This document shows positions 10,962-21,455 of a DNA stretch of 64,000 bases, piece after piece (within the stretch, counting starts at the first letter, position 1; each line of letters begins with the position of its first letter). The stretch covers positions 416,001 through 480,000 of the forward strand of contig CAWGXH010000003.1 in assembly GCA_963826525.1 (NCBI GenBank). Reading direction: 5' to 3'. The position numbers and the translations under genes were made by a program. Source of the stretch: an uncultured Methanomicrobiaceae archaeon. Its GTDB lineage: Archaea; Halobacteriota; Methanomicrobia; Methanomicrobiales; Methanoculleaceae. The notes under the pieces are model-generated. The model was given only the letters and a program-made list of their open reading frames with translations. It was not told where the DNA came from and did no database searches.

Positions 10962-11161
10962 ACAGTAATCTCAACCTGCTCGGCTGTTTCGCTCAGAACG
11001 AGATCATCCTCAACAGTTTCAAGATACAGGTCGATAGCTTCCCGGATATTTTCCAATGCTTCTTCCTTCGTGTCGCCTTCGCTAATACAGCCGGGAAGGC
11101 TTGGTACATAGGCCGTATAGCCTCCTTCCTCACTGGGCTTGAGCACTACACGCAGTCTCAT
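10958..11161 (-). CDS. hicB: HicB family antitoxin (short form), intact
   Basis: MRLRVVLKPSEEGGYTAYVPSLPGCISEGDTKEEALENIREAIDLYLE. Confidence 0.9.
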   Translation of the reverse strand: MRLRVVLKPSEEGGYTAYVPSLPGCISEGDTKEEALENIREAIDLYLETVEDDLVLSETAEQVEITV

Positions 11162-11634
11162 ACCCTACAGTATCAATCCGGGGAATTTATACGTAATTGC
11201 CGTACAACTCGAGATTCCGCGACGTTGATCGAATTCGTCAGATCTAGTTGAGGTCGGATGAGCGGTGGGACAATGGTAGTTCCAGCACCGGACCTCCTGG
11301 GTCAGGCGGATTGCCGTCAGCAATGGGGCTTCAGACCTCACGCCGGTTGGGTGTGATCGATGCACTCCGTGTTGAGGAGTGACCAGGAGATCAGCTCAAT
11401 TGTAAAGTCCTCTCTTTCGGACTGTTTCCGCTAATGCTCTCAAAGAGCATCTTAGTTGGAATCCCCTGACGTACTGTGTAAAGCGGGGTTTCCGTGCACA
11501 GGAAAGCGATCCAGCCACTTTCATTTGCGATTTCTGATCGAGGGATGTGCTCGGCCTTCCGGTTGGCTGTATCTCAGGTCTCCATAACCTATTTACCTGC
11601 CGGATGGCACTACCCCCACATAAGACCATTCTGG

Positions 11635-12878
11635 ATGGTGTGCATCCTTATCATCATCGTAGTCCTCTCCAGCGCCGGCTGTACGAGCCTGACCGCCCGG
11701 GACAACCAGAACGCGTCTGCCAACCAGACGATCGACGGCATCACAATTCCCACCGCGACCGGTTCGCCGACACCGGCGGAGGCACGACAGATCGCGGCGG
11801 CAGCGTACGTCTACGGCTACCCCCTCGTCTTCATGGATGTCTGGAAGGACCACCAGACTGCGGTGCCGTCGCCGGATCTGACGCGTGGTGTGGCACCCGT
11901 CAACCAGCTCGTGAGACTCTACTGGGTGCAACCGACAACCGGGGCGGCAAATTTGGCATGCGTACCCCGCAGAACGGTACCGGTGACCCTGCTGCAGCAG
12001 CATTCCTGGACAACGTCACCCTGACCCCGCTGAGCGCGTGGGGCACGAACTACACGCCGCCGGCCGCCGTGTCGGTGACTTCCAACGTGACTGTGGACCC
12101 CCTGGCTCCCGCCAGCGATGCCCAGATCGCGAATATGACCCCTGAGGAATTCTATGGCCGTATGGCTACCCTCATGGCGGCCAACCCCCCGCACACTGCG
12201 GACGAGCCCGTCGTGGATCAGATCGCACGGATCGGCATCGTCCCCGGCATGCCGTTTCCCTGGAGCGGCCTGAACGCCACGATGCAAAACGCGATCGCCC
12301 GGGGCTATCAGGACGGCATTGGAGCGGTCACTGCCGCGGCGGCCGACTGGCCCGGCGTTCCGGCGGTCAACGGCTGGCTGATACCGTATACCGCCGGAGC
12401 CTACGGGACCAACTACACGCTTCGTGCCGGCATGGCACGTGCGTCGCCACTCTACAACCTGCCAGAGGACGCGCTCTACCTGCAGTCAAACACCAATGCG
12501 ACGGGAGTCCCGTACTCCGGCACGGATACCTATGTGCTGCACTTTGCCGGCAACAGTACCCCGCCCGCCAACGCATTCTGGTCAATCACCCTCTACGACA
12601 GCGACGGCCGCCCCGTAGCCAACCCAATTAACCGGTATGAGATTTCACCGCGTATCGGGAACCTCACGTACAACCCGGACGGGTCGCTCGACATATACAT
12701 CCAGAACGCGTCTCCCGGTGCCGACAACGAGTCGAGCTGGCTTCCGGCTCCATCAGACGCATTTCAATTTGTGATGCGTCTGTACTGGCCGGAAGAAGCC
12801 GCGCTGAACGGCTCGTGGGTGCCGCCGGCAGTGCAGACGACAGGTTCCGCCACACCACCAACACATGTGACGGCGTAG
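11635..12878 (+). pseudogene. DUF1254/DUF1214 lipoprotein; DUF1254 part frameshifted and apparently deleted internally
   Basis: Lipobox LSSAGC and AYVYGYPLV, then a jump near 11930-11980. Downstream: YGTNYTLRA, PPANAFWSITLYD, DGSLDIYIQ, WLPAP, MRLYWP. Confidence 0.75.
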
Positions 12879-13002
12879 TCCGCGGCAGCCATCGACCGCG
12901 AGGCATAAACCCGCCCTTCCTTTTTTTCATTCAGCGAGGCCGGGTCAATCTCGGAAAAACGCGTCCCATCCCCTGAGTTTTTAATCCTCTCCCTTCACCG
13001 CC

Positions 13003-14455
13003 TCATACAATCTTCCCCGTCTTCCGGATGAACAGGGCTGCAATAAACATGCCGATGACTACCAGGATCATCGCCACGAACGCCCATTCCATCCCCTGGT
13101 TGACCGCTGCATCGCTGATCAGGCTTGACCACTGAGCCCGGTCGGGAGGGAGGGGCGATGATGTATCGGAAAGCAGCCCATGGACGAAACCAAGGATGAG
13201 GACGATCCCGATAATTGCCGTTCCCAGAGAGCTTCCCAGCCTGCCTGGTGGTGTTATAGATACCTGACGCATCGGTCTGGCGCTCGCTCCGGATCGAGGA
13301 GAGGGTGAGGTTGGTCACCTGGGAAAGGACGATGCCAAGCCCAATCCCAAACAGAAGGCTTCCGGGGACGATGTCATGGGCGGTGGTGGTGAGGGAAAAG
13401 ACATCCCTGAGGCCTGCCAGTCCTGCTCCGGTGAGGGCAATTCCACCGAGGAGAACGTATTTTGGTTCGAACCACGATGCGAGCCGGGCGCCGAGGATGG
13501 AGAACACGAAAATCGCAAGAGACATGGGCAGAATGGCGACGCCGGTTTCATACGCGCTTGCACCCGTGACAATCTCGTAGAACAAGGGGAAGATGAAGAG
13601 AAAACCGGCAGTAATCAGTTTCTGGCCCATGGCGACAACATTCCCGGCCAAAAAGGAACGTTCGGGAACGATAGTCACATCCACCAGGATACCTTTTGCC
13701 TTCTTGATCTGCCGCCTTTCCCAGAGGTAAAACCCGATAAGAAGGATAATCCCTCCGGTGATGAAGAAGGGAACGATCGCCCATTCTGCCGGCTCTTTGA
13801 TCATGAGGAGCCCAAAAACCAGGGCAATGAGGCCGAAACCCGAAAGGAGCGCTCCCCCAAGATCAAAACTCTTCCAGGATGCTGTCGGGCGGGTCTCCTT
13901 CAGCATACGATGGAGAGCAAAGATGATGAGAAGGATGACCAGCTCGAGGGCAAAGACCCACCGCCAGGTGTAGAAGGTGGTCAGATATCCGCCGAAAATA
14001 AGGCCGACAATACTGCCCACCGCGGCGATCCCGCCCCAGACACCGAAGGCAAATGCCCGTTCTTTCCCCTCGTAGGTCCCGGTAATGAACGTTACCGTCG
14101 CCGGGAGCATCAGCACCGTACCGATCCCTTCAAGTATCGACCAGCCTGCGAGGAACATGGCTGCGTTCTGGCTGATTCCAGCCGTGAAAGTCCCGACGCC
14201 ATAAATCGCAGCACCTGCCATGAACGTCCTCTTCCTCCCGATGAAGTCCTGGAGCTTTGCCCCGATCAACATGAAGGCAGCCTTCACCAGGGTATAGATG
14301 GTGATGATGGTCTGGATGCCTGAGGCATTGGTGTTCAGGTCATTCACAAGGGCGCTGATGGAGACTTCTATGGTGGTGGTGTCGATGACCAGGATGAATA
14401 CAACCAGGCCGACGATGAGGAGGACGTCCCAGTGAAAGGAACGGCGCTGTTCCAT
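13003..14455 (-). CDS. MFS transporter, DHA2/EmrB-QacA-like; indel near 13240
   Basis: About 14 TM segments; GAKLQDFIGRKR and WRWVF; ORF 13003-13272 supplies the true C-terminus. Confidence 0.85.
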
Positions 14456-14613
14456 AGATCAGAATGAATATGACGTTAAGATATGTATGTATCGGAATGA
14501 GGTTCGCGAGCTGCTCGTTCAGTCATTCACTTGCGTATATCGAAACCGCGATCTGATATCCACAAAGATGTTTGTGGATACTCTGTAGCCACAAACCGTA
14601 CCCCGGAGAGCGG

Positions 14614-14647
14614 TTGTGCGACACCGGTGAGGGAGAACGCTCGGCGA
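14614..14647 (+). repeat. Second copy of the 34-bp GTGCGACAC-containing repeat
   Basis: 33/34 identity to 10596-10629; preceded by the quasi-palindrome TTTGTGGATACTCTGTAGCCACAAA. Confidence 0.85.
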
Positions 14648-14963
14648 ACGGCAGGAACCAGAACAGCACTCCCATATAAAAAGCCGCGACGTGGGAGCGT
14701 TACGCCGCTGTCTCCTGCCCTGCGGAGGCGGTCTCCTCATCGGGCATAGCAGAGTCCCGCCCATGAGCGTTCCGGTCAGGAGTGCACTTTTTCACGCCGT
14801 TTTCACGACCCGCTCCGTCGTGTCCGGGCACTCCCGGGTACTCGTTACCCGGTATGGGGTTTTTCTGGGCTTTTGTTGAATCATATAGTTACCGCGTACG
14901 CTCCGTCCCCGCCGCCGAATCAGTTTCACAACTCTTTTCCGCCTCCGGATGAACCCTTACTCC

Positions 14964-16374
14964 ATGAACAGCAGGTATATGCTTCTTGTCGCAACACTCC
15001 TCATCGCGGCGATCCTTGCCGCCGGCTGCACGGGTACTTCAGGTCCGGTAACACCGGCAACTTCCGCGGCCGGCACTTCGTATATACCCCCCGCAACGAT
15101 CACGACCATTCCAGAACTTGTCAGGTTCGTTGCCGATGCCGCGGCATACGCGCGGGAAAACGGGAGAGAACAGGCGATTGCTGCGTTCAACGATCCGAAT
15201 GGGACGTTTGCCGTCGGCAATCTGCATATCTTCGCCGTCGGATACGACGGGATTGTTGTTGCCGATGCGGGAAAGCCCGAAATCCGGGGAACGAACCTTT
15301 CGAATATGACCGATTCCTTCGGGATACCCATCATCGAGGTCCTTGGAGAGACCGCACGGTTCGGCAGGGGGTATGTGAGTTATACCTACCCGAACCCGGC
15401 AAAGAATAACACGTTCGAGCCCCAGCTTGCGGTGGTCGAGAACGTGGACGGGACGTACTACGTCGGTGCCGGGTTCTTTGCCTCCGAAGGCGAGATTTAC
15501 CCGTCGGTTCAACTGAACACGTCCGGGGGGCAGCCCGATGTCGACGATCTTGTGGCCTACGTGAAGAGTGCCGTCGCGTACGCGAAAACGAACGGGAGGG
15601 AGTCAGCTCTTGCGGCCTTCAACGATCCGAAAGGGCAGTTCGTCCAGGGGGAGCTTGTCATGATGGCGTTCGACTGCAACGGTACGAACCTTGCAAGCCC
15701 GCCGTACTCACCCGAACTACCGAAATACCGCATCAACCTGATCAACTACTACGACCCCGACGGGGTCGCTACCATCCGCGGGATGCGGGACCTCGCGAGA
15801 GAGGGCGGCGGGTTCCTCTACACCGTCGCAAAGGTGATGGTGAACGGAACTGAGGTATACGTGCCGAAGATCGATTATGCCGAGCCCGTGGACGGGGACT
15901 GGTGGGTCTTCTCCGGGATCATCGTGCCGGAGTATGTCGGCGACGGCAATATGACCGGCATCCAGGTCCGGAACCACACCCGTGAGGAGCTCTATCGAGC
16001 TCGTGAACAGGGCAGTCGACTATGCACGGGCGAACGGGAAGAATACGACGCTCGCAGAGATCAACAATCCGGGCGGGCGGTTCGTGAACGGGGACCTTTT
16101 CGTCTGGGCGTCGTCGTCCGATGGAACGCTCCTTGCCGACCCGTTCTGGAAGTCCGGGATCGGGCAGAATCATATGAACTACACCGACCGGTACGGCATG
16201 GCGGTCACGAAGGTCGGGATCGAGGCGATGGAGAACGGCACCGGATTTTCACGTGCGCTGTTTCCAGACACCGCGGTGAACGGCACCGTGGATGTGCCCA
16301 AGTCTGATCTACATGAAGGCTGTGGATGATACCTGGTGGATCGGGAGCGGGGTGTACGGCATCGAGGTAAGGTA
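14964..16374 (+). CDS. Lipoprotein with three tandem Cache-type ligand-binding domains; indels near 15990 and 16300
   Basis: Lipobox LAAGC. Three repeats of A..YA..NG.E.A.A.FNDP.G.F..G.L..F...G with G.V.Y and VD..(Y/W).GSG. No TM or signalling domain. Confidence 0.8.
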
Positions 16375-16531
16375 AGGGAGCCTCCGGTCGTACAGAATGG
16401 CCCGATCACCATCCCTGATCTCCGGGCCGTAATCGTTTGACCCGGGTCCGGAAAGACTTCCTTCCCTTTTTCGGGAAGTTCCGGATGGATCGGGAAAAAG
16501 GAATCAGATTGTATTTCCGCCGGCATACTGG

Positions 16532-16828
16532 TCAGACCGGTCCTGCCGGGCTGCCCGCATCTGCAGGCACGGCCACGAGCGTCTCTATCTCCGTCCGGTC
16601 AGCCCGTTTTAAGGCCATATTCATGGCTGCTTTTTCATCCGGGGCTTCAAAGATGACCACGGTATCGTACCTTCCGAGCGCCCAGGAGATACTCTGGTAT
16701 CGAATCTGTCCTTTTGTGTCAGCCTCGATATCCTTCAGGTTCTGTTCAACAACTTCTTTGCTCAAGCTTGTTTTGCAGTTTGCCAGCGCAATGAAAAGGA
16801 TGACTCTCCTCGTTCCTGTACAGAGCAT
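16532..16828 (-). CDS. GYD domain protein (start uncertain)
   Basis: WALGRYDTVVIFEAPDEKAA...ETLVA. Confidence 0.65.
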   Translation of the reverse strand: MLCTGTRRVILFIALANCKTSLSKEVVEQNLKDIEADTKGQIRYQSISWALGRYDTVVIFEAPDEKAAMNMALKRADRTEIETLVAVPADAGSPAGPV

Positions 16829-16937
16829 TTGGTCGGAATCCCCTGACCGGTGTGCGAAGCAGGGATATCCTTGTGCAGGAAGGTAATTCAGCCGCTGTCG
16901 TTTTGCTAACTCTCATTGGGGGGTATGCTTGACCATA

Positions 16938-16973
16938 TTCCTAATCCTGTTTAGTACTAATCCAAATTAGGAA
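16938..16973. promoter_or_regulatory. 36-bp dyad-symmetric operator-like site
   Basis: TTCCTAAT-N5-TTAGTACTAA-N5-ATTAGGAA in intergenic DNA upstream of the GYD gene. Confidence 0.5.
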
Positions 16974-17527
16974 CAAGAGATTTGCTTCCGGGCACGGTCT
17001 CATGATGGCACGCTGCGCCACGGAACGACTGTATCTCCAGGTTCACTTCTCTTCCATGCCGCGGTCGTTGGCACGGTGTCGAGAAAGAAAGATGGGCAGG
17101 AGCGTGCAGTTACAGATGAGGGACAAAAGATACCTTTGAACACTCGGTTCAGCCCACCTTCCGCAGAAGACGATCAATCCCTGAAACTATTATCTACCCG
17201 ATCGCAAATGAGGGACGTCCTTCCTGGATCTGGCCTTGCCCTCAACGCCATACCTCTCGCTCAGGTCCGCTCGGCCAATCACCTTCTCTCCAGGCAGTAT
17301 TCTGCCTCATCCATACATATAGTGGGAGATCGGTGATGAAACTCAGAATGGTGTCGAGGATACCCTGAAAGAGCTATGCGGGGAAGTTGTCATTGCTCGT
17401 GAGATTGTGAGAACGGGGCTTGTTCACTCCGGAATTACTACCGGCAGACTATCCTCATCCCACAGCCCCTGCGAGACGAAAACCGGCATCCCTATCATCC
17501 CGCTCCCCGATCTCTGCCGTGAAGAGC

Positions 17528-17700
17528 ATGGACCTCGCCGAATACCGGAGGATCAATACCATCATGAGCGGGACAGCGCCGACGCGACCTACAAGTACCA
17601 CCCTCATCCGGGCGGTCATCGAGATCCGCCGGCAGTTCCCGCACCTCCGGGAGGATGACGGCGATGCGGTCTCGTTCCCGCTCGGGCTGCTCGTCGAGAT
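17528..17700 (+). pseudogene. N-terminal fragment of an HNH-endonuclease-type protein (copy 1)
   Basis: MDLAEYRRINTI..RDSADATYKY.LIRAVIEI...FPLGLLVE; duplicated with its upstream DNA at 18707-18868. Confidence 0.5.
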
Positions 17701-17890
17701 GCGGCAAAGAGCTCGACTTCATCTTGTCGATCCCTTACCGCCTCGAATCCGTGATTCCGTCTTTCGCGATGTCGCCTCTGTCGAGAGATGCCCTGTTCAT
17801 GCCGCGAGGATAGCAGAGACGCCATCGTTGCCGTCCGATCGTAGGGAAGGGATTGGACGATCGAGGATTGCCCGGCGAGGGAATGACGGC

Positions 17891-18111
17891 CTAGAGCAGA
17901 TCATGCAGATCTTCGACCGTCATCTCGGCCTGCTTTAAAATGTGCGACAGCGTTGAACGCTTGACCGGCTTATGCATAGGGACTGTCAGTTTCAGGAGTT
18001 TGTCCGGCAGATGCTTGTGCAGGTGGATGTGGCTGCCACGCGTGCGGATGACCGGTCCCGTTGAAGAGCGGTAACGATTTTGTCATAATCAAGAGCAGGA
18101 ACCTTGCTCAT
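17891..18111 (-). pseudogene. hicA: HicA toxin copy 3, with the same frameshift after codon 19
   Basis: MSKVPALDYDKIVTALQRD-cg-VIRTRGSHIHLHKHLPDKLLKLTVPMHKPVKRSTLSHILKQAEMTVEDLHDLL*; 221 nt. Confidence 0.82.
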
Positions 18112-18312
18112 ACGGCAATCTCAATCTGCTCGGCTGTTTCGCTAAAAGCGAGATCATCCTCGACGGTTTCAAGATACAGGTCAATCGCTTCCCTGATATT
18201 TTCCAGCGCTTCTTCCTTCGTGTCGCCCTCGCTGATACAGCCGGGAAGGCTTGGTACATAGACCGTATAGCCCCCTTTCTCACTGGGCTTGAGCACTACA
18301 CGCAAGTTGCAT
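18108..18312 (-). CDS. hicB: HicB antitoxin copy 3 (+1 indel near the start, or a TTG start at 18305)
   Basis: RVVLKPSEKGGYTVYVPSLPGCISEGDTKEEALENIREAIDLYLE. Confidence 0.8.
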
Positions 18313-18760
18313 ACCCTACAGTGTCAATCCGGGGAATGTATACTTAATTGGCATATCGGCGATGTCCGGGCACATGGATACATTGGCTGAGATTGCTGAC
18401 CCGGCACTGCCGTCTAGGAAATGCTTTGGTAACGGTGGGCGCCCACGTTCGCGTGGCCGAGGAGGATGTCGTCCACGGCACGGCCTCGCTCCGGATCCAC
18501 CGCTATATCGAGGATCGCCGGTGCGATCTCGTAGGTGTCGATATCGCCTACTCCGAACCCGGCGATGACGGTCAATTGCATATCTGGCACGCTCCATCCA
18601 GGAGATCGGCAGTGTATGGGATAACGTTTTGCTCTCCGGGCATCGCCGGCTCCTGCAATCCTCGGAGCAGATTGGGAGGGATGTATCTGATTGTGAAAGC
18701 CCTGCCGAACGAAAACCGGCATCCATATCATCCCACTCCCTGATCTCTTCCTGGAGCAGC

Positions 18761-18868
18761 ATGGATCTCGCCGAATACCGAAAGATCAATACCATCATCG
18801 AGCGGGATAGTGCCGACGCGGCCTACAAGTACGCCCTCCTCCGGGGCGTCATCGAGGTCTGCTGGCAG
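18761..18868 (+). pseudogene. N-terminal fragment of an HNH-endonuclease-type protein (copy 2)
   Basis: MDLAEYRKINTIIERDSADAAYKYALLRGVIEVC. Confidence 0.5.
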
Positions 18869-18890
18869 GTCGATCTTCGGAGTGGGCGGC

Positions 18891-18992
18891 ATGAGCACTC
18901 GGACATGTTCCTTCTGCAGTCCGTTCCCGGGAGGAGAAACGTCTCGAAGTCATCTGCTCTCGCTTTCGCCGACAGGTGTTCCATCCCGGAGA
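18891..18992 (+). pseudogene. Possible N-terminal fragment of a HIT family gene
   Basis: MSTRTCSFCSP...SALAFADR resembles the HIT CxFC / LA.A..D..P start. Confidence 0.3.
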
Positions 18993-19182
18993 GAACAGAA
19001 ATGCAGTGGGTATCGGGGTGCCGTAGCGGAGATGAGCCCCGCCCAAGGTGCCGGAACCTACTTATTCTATGCTGATATATCTTCAACAACTGATGAATGA
19101 GAATGAACATACGTTGAATAAAATTCAACATACGCGTGACCCGGAGCAACGGTTGCCGGAAGAAGATACCCCGGGATCCGGG

Positions 19183-19764
19183 ATGGAAAAGGTTACCCTG
19201 ACCGGAACCGTTCGCCAATGGGATTTCCTGAGCCGGTATGGATCTCTGTTCCGGAGATCGTCGCTGGTACTCCTCGTCGTGCTTGGAAGACAGCACTGGC
19301 TGAAATTTCACGTGCGGGAGATTTCACGGATGGTCGACTACGACGTCTCCCTCGTCAGTAAAAACCTCAAAGATCTGGAGGCGATGGGGCTGGTCACCCA
19401 CGAGGATGTGGGGAACTTGGTCTTCTACCAGGCGAAGATCGAGAGTGTCCTTCTGCGGCAGATGAAGATCTGCTTTACACTCCTCGAGATCCAGGATCTT
19501 GTCCGGGAGCTGCAGGACGTAACGACGAGCGCTATCCTGTACGGCAGTTGCGCGAGAGGAGAGGATACCGTGAGCAGCGATATCGACCTGTACATCGAGA
19601 CTCTCGAAAAAGAGCCTGTCTGGAAACTCCTGCAGAAATACCAGAAGGTCCTGTCGCGGGAACTTTCTCCGATCATCAATACCCCGGACGAAACGTACCG
19701 GTTGAGGGCGGAGGATCGCTCGCTGTACAACAACATCCAGCAGGGGATTGTCCTTACGGAGTGA
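19183..19764 (+). CDS. wHTH + nucleotidyltransferase (MNT) antitoxin; start uncertain
   Basis: FHVREISRMV...VSKNLKDLEAMGLV wHTH; LYGSCARGEDTVSSDIDLYI. Confidence 0.85.
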   Translation: MEKVTLTGTVRQWDFLSRYGSLFRRSSLVLLVVLGRQHWLKFHVREISRMVDYDVSLVSKNLKDLEAMGLVTHEDVGNLVFYQAKIESVLLRQMKICFTLLEIQDLVRELQDVTTSAILYGSCARGEDTVSSDIDLYIETLEKEPVWKLLQKYQKVLSRELSPIINTPDETYRLRAEDRSLYNNIQQGIVLTE

Positions 19765-19767
19765 GCT

Positions 19768-20223
19768 ATGTCATACAAATTCAGGGACTGCGAAAATCGG
19801 CAGAAAGTGATCAGGCGACCCGTGGGCAGGGATATGGTCGAAAAGGAGATAGCCGAGGCGAAGAAAGACCTCGATTCGGCAAAGAAGTCCTTTCTCGAAT
19901 CGGACTACAAGTGGACAATCGTCAAGGCATACTATTCTCTGTTCCACGCGTGCAAATCGTTGTTGTTCAGCGCCGGGTACGTTGAGAAAAGCCATGACTG
20001 CCTGATCGTCGCCGTCGAGGAACTCTTCACCGACCGAGGTATTCTGCCCCACTCAATTGTTTCGAATACCAGAAGGGCAAAGATAGCCCGGGAGTCCGCA
20101 GATTACGGCATGACCTACGGTGAATCTTCTGCGAAGGGAACCGTGCAGGATGCGGAAGCGGTCTTCCGGGTGGTCTCTGCATATCTGGCGGGACAGGGTT
20201 TCGGCGTTCCCTCCCCTGATTGA
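19768..20223 (+). CDS. HEPN domain protein
   Basis: AYYSLFHACKSLL...KSH.CLI...RESADYG; adjacent to the MNT gene. Confidence 0.85.
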   Translation: MSYKFRDCENRQKVIRRPVGRDMVEKEIAEAKKDLDSAKKSFLESDYKWTIVKAYYSLFHACKSLLFSAGYVEKSHDCLIVAVEELFTDRGILPHSIVSNTRRAKIARESADYGMTYGESSAKGTVQDAEAVFRVVSAYLAGQGFGVPSPD

Positions 20224-20322
20224 GGGGCACGAAGGCGTCGAAGCTCGAGGTCCTGAACCTGCTCGCCCGGATCATCCGCACGGGCGCTATCGTCGTCGTC
20301 CAGGAGGTCCGAGGCATGACCG
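20224..20322 (+). pseudogene. Short fragment of an endonuclease/exonuclease/phosphatase (DNase I-like) gene
   Basis: GTKASKLEVLNLLARIIR...IVVVQEVR. Confidence 0.45.
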
Positions 20323-20352
20323 GCGCCGGCGGTCGCTACCGAGATCATGGGC

Positions 20353-20651
20353 GATGGGCGGCGAGGCCGTCCGCGACGCTGGGCACGAGACCTACTCGTG
20401 CCGGCTCACCCGCCACGACCCGTCCGGCGAGATCACTTCCGTCACGTTCGGCCGGGACGCGGTCAGGATCACGAGCTACCAGGACGATGCTATCCGGACC
20501 ACGGTCGAGACCTGGGCGGACGGTATGCCGGCGCTCGGGTGAGAAACTATGTATGTTCAGCGGAACGCTATAGGATCACGAGATTATTAGGATGATGTTA
20601 TTCGCACCACGGTCGAGACATGGGCGGACGGCATGCCGGCGCTCGGGTGAG
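20353..20651 (+). pseudogene. 3' fragment of a hypothetical gene ending ...RITSYQDDAIRTTVETWADGMPALG*, with its last ~80 bp duplicated
   Basis: 20465-20543 is repeated with mismatches at 20572-20651; a related WADG...G* tail occurs at 24618-24649. Confidence 0.55.
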
Positions 20652-20670
20652 GAGGGACACCCCCTCTCTT

Positions 20671-20950
20671 TCCGTCCTGAAAGAGGGGTAATTTTGGGGT
20701 ATTTTCCGTTTTTGAGGCCGGTTTCAGAGGTCGGATTTTAGCGGGATCGATCGCCGGAGCATATCGCCCGGATTCCTGAAATATGACAGAATCATTGAGA
20801 TATAATGGCCGTATGAGCGGCAGTAATTTTGAGGGGATGGATACTATGCCTCGCCTCGAGATCGGCCGTCTGTGGGCTTCTGTGTGGGTCGGTTTTTCGG
20901 CGAATTCGGCCCGGATTGCAGGTATTTAAGCGTTGCTGAACCGAAACGGA
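20671..20950. mobile_element. 280-bp dispersed non-coding element, copy A (MITE-like or element end)
   Basis: Starts TCCGTCCTGAA and ends AACCGAAACGGA (TCCGT/ACGGA inverted termini). Preceded by a GAGGG-N-CCCTC hairpin. Shares internal blocks with copies at 24667 and 63730. Confidence 0.7.
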
Positions 20951-21009
20951 GGCCTCCGGGTTCCCGATCTGGTTGTTCGCTGCGAAGTACACCTCCAGCT
21001 CGCTCTCCG

Positions 21010-21110
21010 GGACACGTTGCTGGCCTCTTCGACGCACGCTTCCGCCCCGACGAGTGTAACATCAGCGTGAACATCGGCGAGGCTACTGGGCAGAGGTGAT
21101 ACACCTGCAG
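21010..21110 (+). pseudogene. HIT family hydrolase fragment (C-terminal part)
   Basis: LFDARFRPDECNISVNIGEATGQ resembles PDGYNIGVNxGxAAGQ; the HxHxH motif is lost. Confidence 0.5.
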
Positions 21111-21244
21111 AGGACATGAGGAACTGCAACGGATGATTTCGGAGAGGAGGGTATTGGTGGATCTTCTCTGTGAGAGGTTATAAGAGAGAACTGCGCATGT
21201 GGACGGGAATATAAAATCGTTTTGCTAAATTCTCTTGATCTGTG

Positions 21245-21455
21245 CAAAGCTTCCGGGTAAACCCCTCCATCTGGCGGCAAGGCATCAGGAGAAAGATGTG
21301 GATGCAGGCCATCCACGTGATGAACGGTTCCGGATACTGATACGGGCGGTCACGCCTCCCGGCATTCATCTGCGAAAGGAGTTTGTCCCACTGGCTGATG
21401 TAGTCAAGCGAGAGGGAGAACTCACCCCGCCGAACCAGCCGCTCATTATATACTC
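21245..21455 (-). mobile_element. IS5-family transposase N-terminal fragment
   Basis: YNERLVRRGEF.L.LD....W...L..MN.G...RPYQYPE.FI...MP.RQMEGF.RKL; no DDE domain. Confidence 0.75.

Noticed and set aside
17470-18868. Diversity-generating retroelement TR/VR pair (duplicated HNH or WADG segments)
   Set aside because: Differences are not adenine-specific and no reverse transcriptase is visible
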